Of a DNA stretch of 14,711 nucleotides, positions 1 through 7,833 are shown piece after piece; the stretch's first letter is position 1; each line of letters begins with the position of its first letter. Where the stretch lies: the NCBI RefSeq assembly GCF_006345805.1, contig NW_021825695.1, positions 1 to 14,711 of the forward strand, given 5' to 3'. This DNA comes from Octopus sinensis (taxonomy: Eukaryota). The position numbers and the translations under genes are program-made. A model generated the notes under the pieces. It did no database searches. It was given only the letters and a program-made list of their open reading frames with translations, and was not told the origin of the DNA.

Positions 1-267
1 GAGAACGTACGTTTCAAGATTAGTCAACACGACACTTCTATCATCAGCTCAGAACTCCCTGGTTTGGATTTGAAAACACTGAAAGTGGGAGCATACCCTT
101 TCGGCTTCCTCTCGCTTCTGAAGATCTGCTCGTAACTCACAGTGCCAACAAACTCAAAAATGCAAGCGAAGAATAGTTTTAAAAAAGTTTTTTTTAGCTG
201 CTATTTCTAATGAGTTCAGTATGCGGCAAAGTAATTTATTTTACTAAACCCTTTTATATAATGTAAT

Positions 268-371
268 TATATATATATATATATATTATATATATATAAA
301 AAATATATGTATACATACATATATTATACACGCGCGCACACACACAAATGCATAAATAAACATACACATAC

Positions 372-422
<51 letters not shown>

Positions 423-434
423 TATATATATACA
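268..434. repeat. (AT)n / (AC)n compound microsatellite
   Basis: (AT)n at about 268-298 and 373-418, separated by ACAT/CGCG/CACA. Source of the spurious YIYIYI ORF 307-528. Confidence 0.95.
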
Positions 435-663
435 TGCTTGCTTGTTTTGTTTCATCCTGTATTATTTTTCCACTTTCAACATTTCATATATCTTTAAATC
501 ATTAAATAACACTCAAATATTTCAATAGTGTATCGCATATCGTTCCATATTGCACAGTATACCATCGCCCGACCGACTCTCAACACCCTATATCACATAC
601 CCAATCATGCTACAACCTGTTTCCCACCACCCCATAATATATACTAATATATACTGCACGAAA

Positions 664-861
664 CGCTGCGAGCTGGAAGAATCATTAGTACACCAGACAA
701 AATGTTGAACGGCATTTCGTCCGTCTTTACGTTCTGAGTTCAAATTCCTCCAAGGTCGACTTTGTGTTTCATCCTTTCGGGGTCGATAAAAAAAGTACCA
801 GTTGAGTGCTAGCGTCGGTGTAATCAAAATTACAGGCCTTGTGCCAAAATTTAAAACCAAT
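664..861 (+). mobile_element. tRNA-derived SINE, family A (octopus-type), diverged copy
   Basis: Head GCTGCGAGCTGGAAGAATCATTAG, B-box-like GAGTTCAAATTCC and body GGTCGACTTTGTGTTTCATCCTTTCGGGGTCGATAAA..AGTACCAGTT align with 3036-3242 and with the reverse-strand copies at 4481-5525. Confidence 0.85.
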
Positions 862-975
862 GTATATCCTAGTGTTTTCTACCACATCTAGGTTTCCCAC
901 ATCAGATGTTATTTTCATCACATCCTCACCTAATTTCGTAATTCAGTAGCAGTCCTTATCGAATAAGACATAAGA

Positions 976-1399
976 ACCCACAATATGGTGGAAGCCAAAT
1001 CCACTCATAATAAACAGGGGTATTGGTGGAATGTCCCACTGAAGACCTCAATAAAATGTAAACACAACAGTCCTGATATAATGATTTGTGATGGAGAAGA
1101 GAAACTGTGCACAGTTGTGGAAATCAGCTGCCCAGTGGATGCTTCCATGAAGCTGAAGATCAGTGAAGAAGAGAACACCTATGCTGAGCTATTGAGAAAT
1201 CTGCATTTACTCTATCCAGATTACAAGTTCAGGTATATACTTGGGGCACTGAGATAATGTAACACACTGCCTAAGTACCAATCTTGAGAAATTAGGCTTC
1301 TCAGAACCAGAAAGGAGAAAGCTACTTCGAAGACTATAGATCCAATCCATCACTGGAACTGTAAAGATCTGTAAAACTTTCCAGAAGTTCGTCATTTAA
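976..1399 (+). pseudogene. Decayed RLE endonuclease domain of a LINE ORF
   Basis: ORF 985-1257 continues after a +1 frameshift near 1255-1258 as VTHCLSTNLEKLGFSEPERRKLLRRL*IQSITGTVKICKTFQKFVI*, with a premature TAG at 1337-1339 and the final TAA at 1397-1399. No RT domain or CCHC knuckle upstream. The E-K-x-x-x-Y lysine appears as E (EEENTY). Confidence 0.85.
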
Positions 1400-1477
1400 G
1401 TATATATGAGCATATCTAGATATGCAACTATATGCATGAGAATACATACATAAAACAAAACATACAAATCTGCACAT

Positions 1478-1600
1478 ATACATACATACATACATACATA
1501 CATACATACATGCATACATACATACACACATACATACATATACATACATACATACATACATACATACATACATACATACATACATACATACATACATACA
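1478..1600. repeat. (ACAT)n microsatellite within the inferred LINE 3' UTR
   Basis: Near-perfect ACAT tetramer run with a few interruptions. Confidence 0.95.
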
Positions 1601-1873
1601 AAGAAAAGTACCGTGCTGCTGATGTTGAAATTCCAATGAAGGAGCCTTGGATCTGGGTTAGAAACCGGTTCTTTCTCAATTGGCAAGAAATCTCGAAATA
1701 CAACTGAATAATGGCATATAGACGTAAGCCTATAGATATGCATATACATATTGATACACGTGAATGTGCACATATGTGTTGCGTACGTATATATATTCTA
1801 TACATTCTGCTTTTGCTTTTTCACGTCCATTGATTTTATCATTCCCGTCATTATTATCAACATCCTCACTTTT

Positions 1874-1970
1874 ATCATCATCATCATCATCATCATCATC
1901 ATCGTCGTCGTCGTCGTCCGCGTCGTCGTTGTTGTCGTCGTCGTTTCCGCCGTCGTCACCGCCGCCGCCT
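1874..1970. repeat. Compound trinucleotide repeat (ATC)n-(GTC)n-(GCC)n
   Basis: Directly visible. Gives the poly-D/poly-S/poly-I ORFs. Confidence 0.9.
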
Positions 1971-2548
1971 CTATGCCGTAATCGTGGCGACATCTTTAGG
2001 TTTGAAAGAATTATTTAAATTTCATTTTCTCAAATCCGCCTCATTTCACAATTTTGTAAAAATGCTATTTTAAAAATCATATTCAAAATGACTTTATCTG
2101 CCTTCAGAAAGCTGTTGTTTAATTTAAATATGTGTATCAACTCCACACAACGAGAAAACACACACAAAAAACCCATAAAACTTAATAACACCACCATTAC
2201 AACAACAACAAAATGAACAACAAGTATATCATAAAAAGAAAACAAAACATTCATTTCGATACAAACTTTGATATATCGAACACAAAGGAATGTCATAAAA
2301 AAGTGAGTGAGGAGGGGCAAGCTTGGAGCGAAAGATCCCACAGAAGAGAAAGGAGTGGGGGATGGAGAGAAACTGTAGCTTCTGAGATAGATATGAGATC
2401 AGTGGAAATTATTTTCATTGTTTTGTTTTTTTTACGATATGAATAATGCATTGTAAAATAATGCTGGCTTTGTGAAAGCGAAAAAGAAATGAAGAGAGTG
2501 CTTCATTTTGCTGTCGGCCTCTTACTACAGTTTTACTTCTACACGGCA

Positions 2549-2789
2549 TCATATAATAAAGATAAGTTTCTGGTTAGCAGAACCAGCTTCGAGTCTTCCT
2601 TGTAGCCACGTCAAAGTACTGAGGTTGAATAAATTCTTGAAACTGAAAGACAAACGACACAGAATCTCATTTCGCCAATAGATTTTAGCTTTCGTTCCTA
2701 AAAAGATGAAGCCTATACTCAAAACGAACTCACCTTCTCAACCGGAAGCCACAAATATTATTTCCCCTCATCCTCTGTCCACGTGACAT
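2549..2789 (-). other. Candidate two-exon unit (possible 5' UTR/uORF) with a 91-bp GT-AG intron at 2643-2733
   Basis: Minus-strand donor GAAG|GTGAGT at 2734/2733 and acceptor TTTGTCTTTCAG| at 2643/2642. Splicing joins a 49-aa frame. No homology recognised. Confidence 0.25.
2675..2785. promoter_or_regulatory. Candidate promoter motif cluster (CCAAT, ETS, E-box)
   Basis: CCAAT 2675-2679, ACCGGAAG 2741-2748 and CACGTG 2780-2785 in a non-repetitive island. Motif matches only. Confidence 0.2.
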
Positions 2790-2877
2790 GTTACATCCAC
2801 AATTCCTGTCTAGGATTTGTGGATCTCAGTGAAGACATCTTCAATGAATAGGGCATAACTAGATACTCTTCATATAT

Positions 2878-2880
<3 letters not shown>

Positions 2881-2964
<84 letters not shown>
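2881..2964. repeat. (CA)25 followed by (AT)n
   Basis: Directly visible. Confidence 0.97.
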
Positions 2965-2966
<2 letters not shown>

Positions 2967-3035
2967 AATTTCACTCGTGTCACACTGTTTTTCTTAGCAG
3001 TAGTTACATTGGATAATGCAGTCTTCCCTTTGTAA

Positions 3036-3242
3036 GGCGGCGAGATGGCAGAAACGGCGGGTGAAATGCTTAGCAGTATTTCGTCTGTCTTTATGTTCTG
3101 AGTTCAAATTCCGCTGAGGTCGACTTTGTCTTTCATCCTTTCGAGGTCGATAAATTGAGTACCAGTTGCGTACTGGGATCGATCTAATCGACTGGCCCCC
3201 TCCCCCAAAATTTCGGGCCTTGTGCCTAGAGTGGGAAAGAAT
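3036..3242 (+). mobile_element. tRNA-derived SINE, family A, near full length
   Basis: GGCGGCGAGATGGCAGAAAC head, A-box-like TGGCAGAAACGG 3046-3057, B-box-like GAGTTCAAATTCC 3100-3112, conserved body, tail ..GGGCCTTGTGCCTAGAGTGGGAAAGAAT. Confidence 0.9.
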
Positions 3243-3377
3243 GTAGTCCTCACTTTGTGAGGGACAGACCAAGTGAATCCACTTTAATACTGGAGTTCCA
3301 GAAGCCCGACTCTGTACGGAGTTTTCTTTTATAGAATGTATTCATTAGACAAGGGATAATTTCTGTTAACTTTTCAG

Positions 3378-3421
3378 ACATTCCCACATTGGTGAGATTA
3401 ACGGTGCTAGTACCTACCAAG
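3378..3421 (+). other. Candidate 44-bp exon
   Basis: Acceptor TTTCTGTTAACTTTTCAG| and donor CAAG|GTGAGC. Open in two frames (HSHIGEINGASTYQ; IPTLVRLTVLVPTK). No homology recognised. Confidence 0.25.
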
Positions 3422-3658
3422 GTGAGCCTGGGAACAAAAACCGTAGGCTGGAATGGAAATGTGGTGTTTGCTGTTAACGCTTACAAGAGAGCAGATTGCG
3501 TTAGAGATACGCAAACACCGGATGGTGATGTTACACAGTGTCTCGTGCATATTTTACCTGATTCTTCTTTCAACAAAATTTAATTTGTCCTTATCCAATC
3601 CAGGTTTCATAATCTAACATAACAGAGATTTTCTGCAAATCATGTTTACTTACCTTAC

Positions 3659-3700
3659 CTGATGAGATGAGATTAAATTCAATAAATCCAATAAAAAAAA
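3659..3700 (-). other. Candidate 42-bp exon
   Basis: Minus-strand acceptor TCTCTTTATCTTTGCCAG| and donor CAG|GTAAGG, with a second donor GTAAGT 5 nt further. Open frame FFLLDLLNLISSHQ. Confidence 0.15.
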
Positions 3701-3982
3701 CTGGCAAAGATAAAGAGATTAGTGGTTAGCTAAGCCAAATTGATACATTGATGATTGGATGGTATGAAATCAATCAACAAACCAATTTGAAATATTCACA
3801 AAACAATTTAATTATCGATGAAACACTAACGAGTGAATGGAATAAAAATCAAATAGAAAAGAAATTAGTAGAAACGATTTCTTTCAGCTTGAGAGGTAAA
3901 TCTGTCATCGGTGATATTGTCCAATCAGCGAAGATATTTAGAGAGAAGATAACCGAGTTAATAAATGTGGTGTACAATCAGT

Positions 3983-4323
3983 GGAGGCGCAATGGCCCAG
4001 TGGTTAGGGCAGCGGTCATGCGGTCGAAGGAACGAGGTTTCGATTCTCAGACTGAGCGTTGTGAATGTTTTTTTTTCTTGAGCGAAAATACCTAAAGCTC
4101 CATGAAGCTCCAGCAGGGGCTGGTGGCGAACCTTGCTGTACTCTTTCTATTTCTGTTATACCTGTATTTCAAAGGGTCAGCCACGCTCAATTTCCCCGAG
4201 AACTACGTTAGGGAGTACACGTGTCTGTGGAGTGCTCAGCCACTTGCTCATTAATTTCACTAACAGGCTGTTCCGTTAATCGGATCAACTGGAACCCTCG
4301 TTGTCGTAACCGACAGAGTGCCA
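3983..4323 (+). mobile_element. tRNA-derived SINE, family B
   Basis: A box TGGCCCAGTGG 3993-4003 and B-box-like GGTTTCGATTCTC 4036-4048 at tRNA-like spacing, followed by a ~270-bp non-tRNA body ending ..GTCGTAACCGACAGAGTGCCA. I recognise it as a cephalopod SINE but cannot name the family. Confidence 0.8.
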
Positions 4324-4480
4324 CGATTGAACCATCTATCTGTAGCAAGTGGTGCCGGGTTCGAATGTGCTGTATGCAGAGTTGTTTTTAAGGTCTGGAC
4401 GCTGCATTTTAGAGTGACATTATACAGAGTCACATGGCTCAGCATTTATCGAATTCTGTCATCTTTAAAAAATTAACATA

Positions 4481-4677
4481 ATAATAACGGTTTCAAATGT
4501 TGGTACCAGGCTAGTTATTTTAAGGGGAGCAGTAAGTCGATTACATGGACCCCACTGTGCAACTGGTACTTATTTTATCGATCCTAAAAGGATGAAAGGC
4601 AAACGCAGAATGTAAGGAAGCGCGAAATGACGCTAAATATTCTGTCCACCGTGCTAACAATCCTGCCAGCTCGCCGC
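4481..4677 (-). mobile_element. SINE family A copy with internal deletion of the B-box segment
   Basis: Reverse complement begins GCGGCGAGCTGGCAGGATTGTTAGCACG, contains GCCTTTCATCCTTTTAGGATCGATAAAATAAGTACCAGTTG and ends GAAACCGTTATTATTAT. Confidence 0.85.
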
Positions 4678-4685
4678 ATTTAGTA

Positions 4686-4873
4686 ATAATAATGATTCTT
4701 TCTGCTATAAGTACAGGGCCTGAAATTTTGAGTAAGGGAGTAATTCGATAACACCGACCCCAATACTCAACTGGTATTTACTGTATCAATCCCAAACTTA
4801 AACTCAGCGGAATCTGGGGTCAGAACGTAAAGACCGACGAAATGCCCCCATGTTTGTCCAGAGTGCCAACCGT
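4686..4873 (-). mobile_element. SINE family A copy, diverged, head truncated
   Basis: Reverse complement GCATTTCGTCGGTCTTTACGTTCTGA..ACCAGTTGAGTATTGGGGTCGG..CAAAATTTCAGGCCCTGTACTTATAGCAGAAAGAATCATTATTATT. Confidence 0.75.
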
Positions 4874-4876
4874 TCT

Positions 4877-5060
4877 TATTTCTTAACTACCCACAATGGG
4901 CTAAACATAGAAGGGACAAACAAGGACAGACAAAGGGATTAAGTCGATTATATCGACCCCAGTGCGTAACTGGTACTTATTTAATCGACCTCGAAAGGAT
5001 GAAATGTTAAGTCGACTTTGGCGGAATTTGAACTCAGAACGTAGTGACGGGCGAAATACC
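4877..5060 (-). mobile_element. SINE family A, headless second monomer of a tandem dimer
   Basis: 184-bp direct repeat of 5061-5244, about 17 mismatches by eye, no gaps. Confidence 0.9.
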
Positions 5061-5290
5061 TATTTCTTTACTACCCACAAGGGGCTAAACATAGAAGGGA
5101 CAAACAAGGACAGACAAAGGGATTAAGTCGATTACATCGACTCCAGTGCGTAACTGGTACTTATTTAATCAACCCCGAAAGGATGAAACGCTAAGTCATC
5201 CTCGGCGGAATTTGAACTTTGAACGTAGTGACAGACGAAATATCGCTAAGCATTTCGCCTGGCGTGCTAATGTTTCTGCCAGCTCGCCGC
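5061..5290 (-). mobile_element. SINE family A, full head plus first monomer of the dimer
   Basis: Reverse complement begins GCGGCGAGCTGGCAGAAACATTAGCACGCCAGGCGAAATGCTTAGCG. Tail ATCCCTTTGTCTGTCCTTGTTTGTCCCTTCTATGTTTAGCCCCTTGTGGGTAGTAAAGAAATA. Confidence 0.9.
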
Positions 5291-5334
5291 CCAGAATGGG
5301 GCTAACCATTCTGTTCGTTCGCTACCTTAGAAAT

Positions 5335-5525
5335 GATAATAATGGTTTCCAAATATTAGGACGAGGCTAGTAATTTTAATGGGAAGGGTTAGTCGATTAC
5401 ATCGACCCCAGTTTATGACTGGTACTTTAATTTATCGACCCCCGAAATGGTAAAAGTCAATCGTCCTCACAATATTTGAATTCAGAACCTAAAATCGGAA
5501 GAAATGCTAAATAATTCAACCAGCA
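5335..5525 (-). mobile_element. SINE family A copy, diverged
   Basis: Plus strand has AGTCGATTACATCGACCCCAG..ACTGGTACTT..TTTATCGACCCCCGAAA..TTTGAATTCAGAAC, matching the other copies. Confidence 0.8.
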
Positions 5526-5595
5526 AAAATGAAAATAATGGCGTTTTGAGAAGAAACATTTGTCGATAGCACCGGTCCCGGTATCTTTCATACAT

Positions 5596-5646
5596 ATTTT
5601 ATCGACCAAGGAGGAATGAAAGACAAATTAGACTTTGATTGATTTG
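5596..5646 (-). mobile_element. SINE family A short body fragment
   Basis: ATTTTATCGACC..GGAATGAAAGACAAATTAGACTTTG..GATTTG resembles TTTATCGACCCCGAAAGGATGAAAGGCAAAGTCGAC..GGAATTTG. Confidence 0.5.
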
Positions 5647-5695
5647 GTGGTGGCGATGATGATGATGGTGGTGGTGGTGGTGGTGGTGGTGGTGG

Positions 5696-5743
<48 letters not shown>

Positions 5744-5780
5744 GTGATGGTGATGACGATAATGATGATGTTGATGATAG
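5647..5780. repeat. (GGT)n/(GAT)n compound trinucleotide repeat
   Basis: Directly visible. Confidence 0.95.
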
Positions 5781-6336
5781 TCTCTGCAACAAACGGTGAT
5801 TTTCGATCCTATGATAGAAGAAAAAGCAAGTATGACCCTGGGGTAAGGTCAGTTTATAATAAAATTACAAAATAAATAAACAAAAAGAATGAATTCCGAT
5901 GTAAGAAAGATAACAACAACAACAGCAGCACCAGCAGTAGCACCAAACAGAATGATTAACTGGAAATATGATGGCGATGTTAATTAGAGAGAGTGTGTTG
6001 GCAGCGATGTCAATAGAGACAGTGATGTTTGGAGATAAGAAAACAAAGAGAGAGAGAGAAGAATTCCGCGAAGAATGTGTGTTTGTGCACTCTTAAATGC
6101 GGTTCAGAGCAGTGCAGTGGTGACAATATTTCACTTGAGCACATCTGGTTTGACAGCCCAAGTGACAGCGGTCATAGCAATAGTCGTGTTTAGAGAATAT
6201 CTCGTCTGTCAAATAATAACAATGATAGGAATAGCCTTCTTCGGAGCATTCCGTTTCACTATTCACTATAATGGTCGTAGCAGTTGGTTATGGATGCCCT
6301 CAGCTTTTGAATGAGCAGCTACTGGGATAGCAATAC

Positions 6337-6539
6337 CTTTTATCTTTTGCTTCTTTCGGTCATTAAACTGCGGCCATGCTGGGGCACCGCCTTGAAGAAT
6401 TTTTAGTCAAATGAATCGAAGCCGGTATTTGACCTTTTGTTTTCTACTGGATATTTATTTTATCTTTTGACGAACCGCTAGGTTACGGAGACGTAAGCAC
6501 CAACACCAGTTGTCAAGTTGTGTGGGGAACAAACACACA

Positions 6540-6582
<43 letters not shown>

Positions 6583-6736
6583 TATGGGCTTCTTTCAGTT
6601 TACGCCTACCAAATCCACTTCGTCGGCCTGAAGGTGTAGTAGAAGACACTTGCTGAAGGTACCAGGCAGTGGGACTGAACCTGAGACCATATGGTTAAGA
6701 AGAAAGCTTCTTACCACACAGCCATGCCTGCGCCTT
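6337..6736 (-). mobile_element. tRNA-derived SINE, family C, with internal (GT)n
   Basis: Reverse complement: AGGCGCAGGCATGGCTGTGTGGTAAG (A box at plus 6714-6724), GGTTCAGTCCC (B box at plus 6671-6681), CORE-like GGTACCTTCAGCAAGTGTCTTCTAC, internal (GT)n at 6532-6580, and 3' end GGCGGTGCCCCAGCATGGCCGCAG..AAAAGATAAAAG. The CORE assignment is tentative. Confidence 0.85.
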
Positions 6737-7076
6737 ACTTGACTTTAGAACGTCTGGTTTGTCAAATAACCAACTTTAGTGATATCAATGTACGACGACA
6801 GCAGGATATATCGTTTGACAACAGCAGCGGATAGTTGAGTTTTACTACAAAACATCTTTCTTGGCAGCGAACCAACAAGAGTAATGGTAACAGATAAATC
6901 TTGAACATCTCGTCAGTGAAATACCGGACCAAAGTTCCAGTCACAGAATTCGGTAATCTTAACCAACAGCGGTTTGACTCAAGACTATTTAGTCTTTCAG
7001 TTAAATAACGACAGAATCGGATGAAGAAACCAAAAACCAACTTGCAATTAGAACAATTCACAGGCATTTTCCTTTT

Positions 7077-7077
<1 letters not shown>

Positions 7078-7119
<42 letters not shown>

Positions 7120-7424
7120 ACACACACACACAACACACACACGTACACACACAGGCTCATATAATATACACATTCACACGTACACTCACCCACTTTCTTT
7201 TATACACACGCTCACACACATACACACACACGGCCACACATTCACTTACTCTATCTCATACAGACACTCACATACACACGCAAGCATACACACTTTCCCA
7301 CATGCATACACAAGCGCACACACACACTTACACACACTCACACACACTTACACACGTACACATTCTCTCGCACACATACGCACAAGACATATACCCCTCT
7401 CTGTCTGCCTGCCTGTCTCTCTCT

Positions 7425-7455
<31 letters not shown>

Positions 7456-7490
7456 GTCTGTCTCTCTCTCTCTCTCTTTTCTTCTCTTCT
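7078..7490. repeat. (CA)n, degenerate CA-rich, then (CT)n/(TCTA)n low-complexity tract
   Basis: Directly visible. Confidence 0.9.
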
Positions 7491-7833
7491 CCATTTTGAG
7501 GAAGCCTCTATGACCGAAGCCTAGATATTTTTCGTTCTTTTTCTACGTGGCCAAGAACATGGATTTGACATAATTACTAATTTACCAATCAAGTAATTAA
7601 CTCCATGTCAGGTTGCTAACCAAGCCACTACTTAATTAATTTGCAACATAAATTTGTTTAATTAAATAATTATCGATTCAGAAAGGGAACATCTTGGCAG
7701 ATTAGAAATGGTAATAATGTCTCACTGAAACGACACTCCACTGTCTTAAAAAAGAAAAGGGAACATTAGATAATGTAGGCCAAGGTGAACTAGGTTAGGA
7801 AACAACATGCAGCTAAGTAGCAACAAATCAACA

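Larger units (their letters stand above)
975..1712 (+). mobile_element. 5'-truncated non-LTR retrotransposon of RLE type (R4/Dong-like): endonuclease C-terminus plus probable 3' UTR
   Basis: The translation contains YWWNVP..KCKHNSPDIMICDGEEKLCTVVEISCP, a PD-x13-E nuclease motif typical of RLE elements. The 3' UTR extent is inferred to run through the (ACAT)n tract to ...AACTGAATAAT at 1712. Confidence 0.8.

Noticed and set aside
1-135. 44-codon open frame at the window start (ENVRFKISQHDTSIISSELPGLDLKTLKVGAYPFGFLSLLKICS*)
   Set aside because: Short, truncated by the window edge and with no recognisable motif; cannot be supported as an exon from this window alone.
1646-1668. Similarity of LINE 3' UTR GCCTTGGATCTGGGTTAGAAACC to SINE tail GCCTTGTGCCAAAATTTAAAACC as a SINE-LINE partnership
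   Set aside because: Only about 14 of 23 positions match, and the LINE appears to continue about 45 nt beyond this point, whereas partner tails should be co-terminal.
3647-3661. TACTTACCT resembling the U1 snRNA 5' end
   Set aside because: The downstream sequence does not follow U1; it is just a minus-strand splice-donor-like string.
3983-4060. Possible true tRNA gene
   Set aside because: A and B boxes are present, but there is no acceptor-stem pairing or terminator and it continues into a SINE body.
3748-4095. 115-aa ORF
   Set aside because: Non-ATG start, no recognisable domain, and the last third is read through SINE family B.
4343-4366. TAGCAAGTGG and GGGTTCGAAT, A/B-box-like pair
   Set aside because: The boxes are only a few nucleotides apart with no flanking tRNA or SINE context; at most a collapsed remnant.
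588-5370. Similar short ORFs (588-860, 2994-3272, 5146-5370) sharing WY..RPRKDE..SRP.RNLNSE
   Set aside because: The shared peptide is the antisense or sense translation of SINE family A, not a protein family.
6762-7193. 143-aa minus-strand ORF with about 100 non-repeat codons
   Set aside because: It starts within (GT)n low-complexity sequence, shows no recognisable domain and has no clear splice context; left as unsupported.
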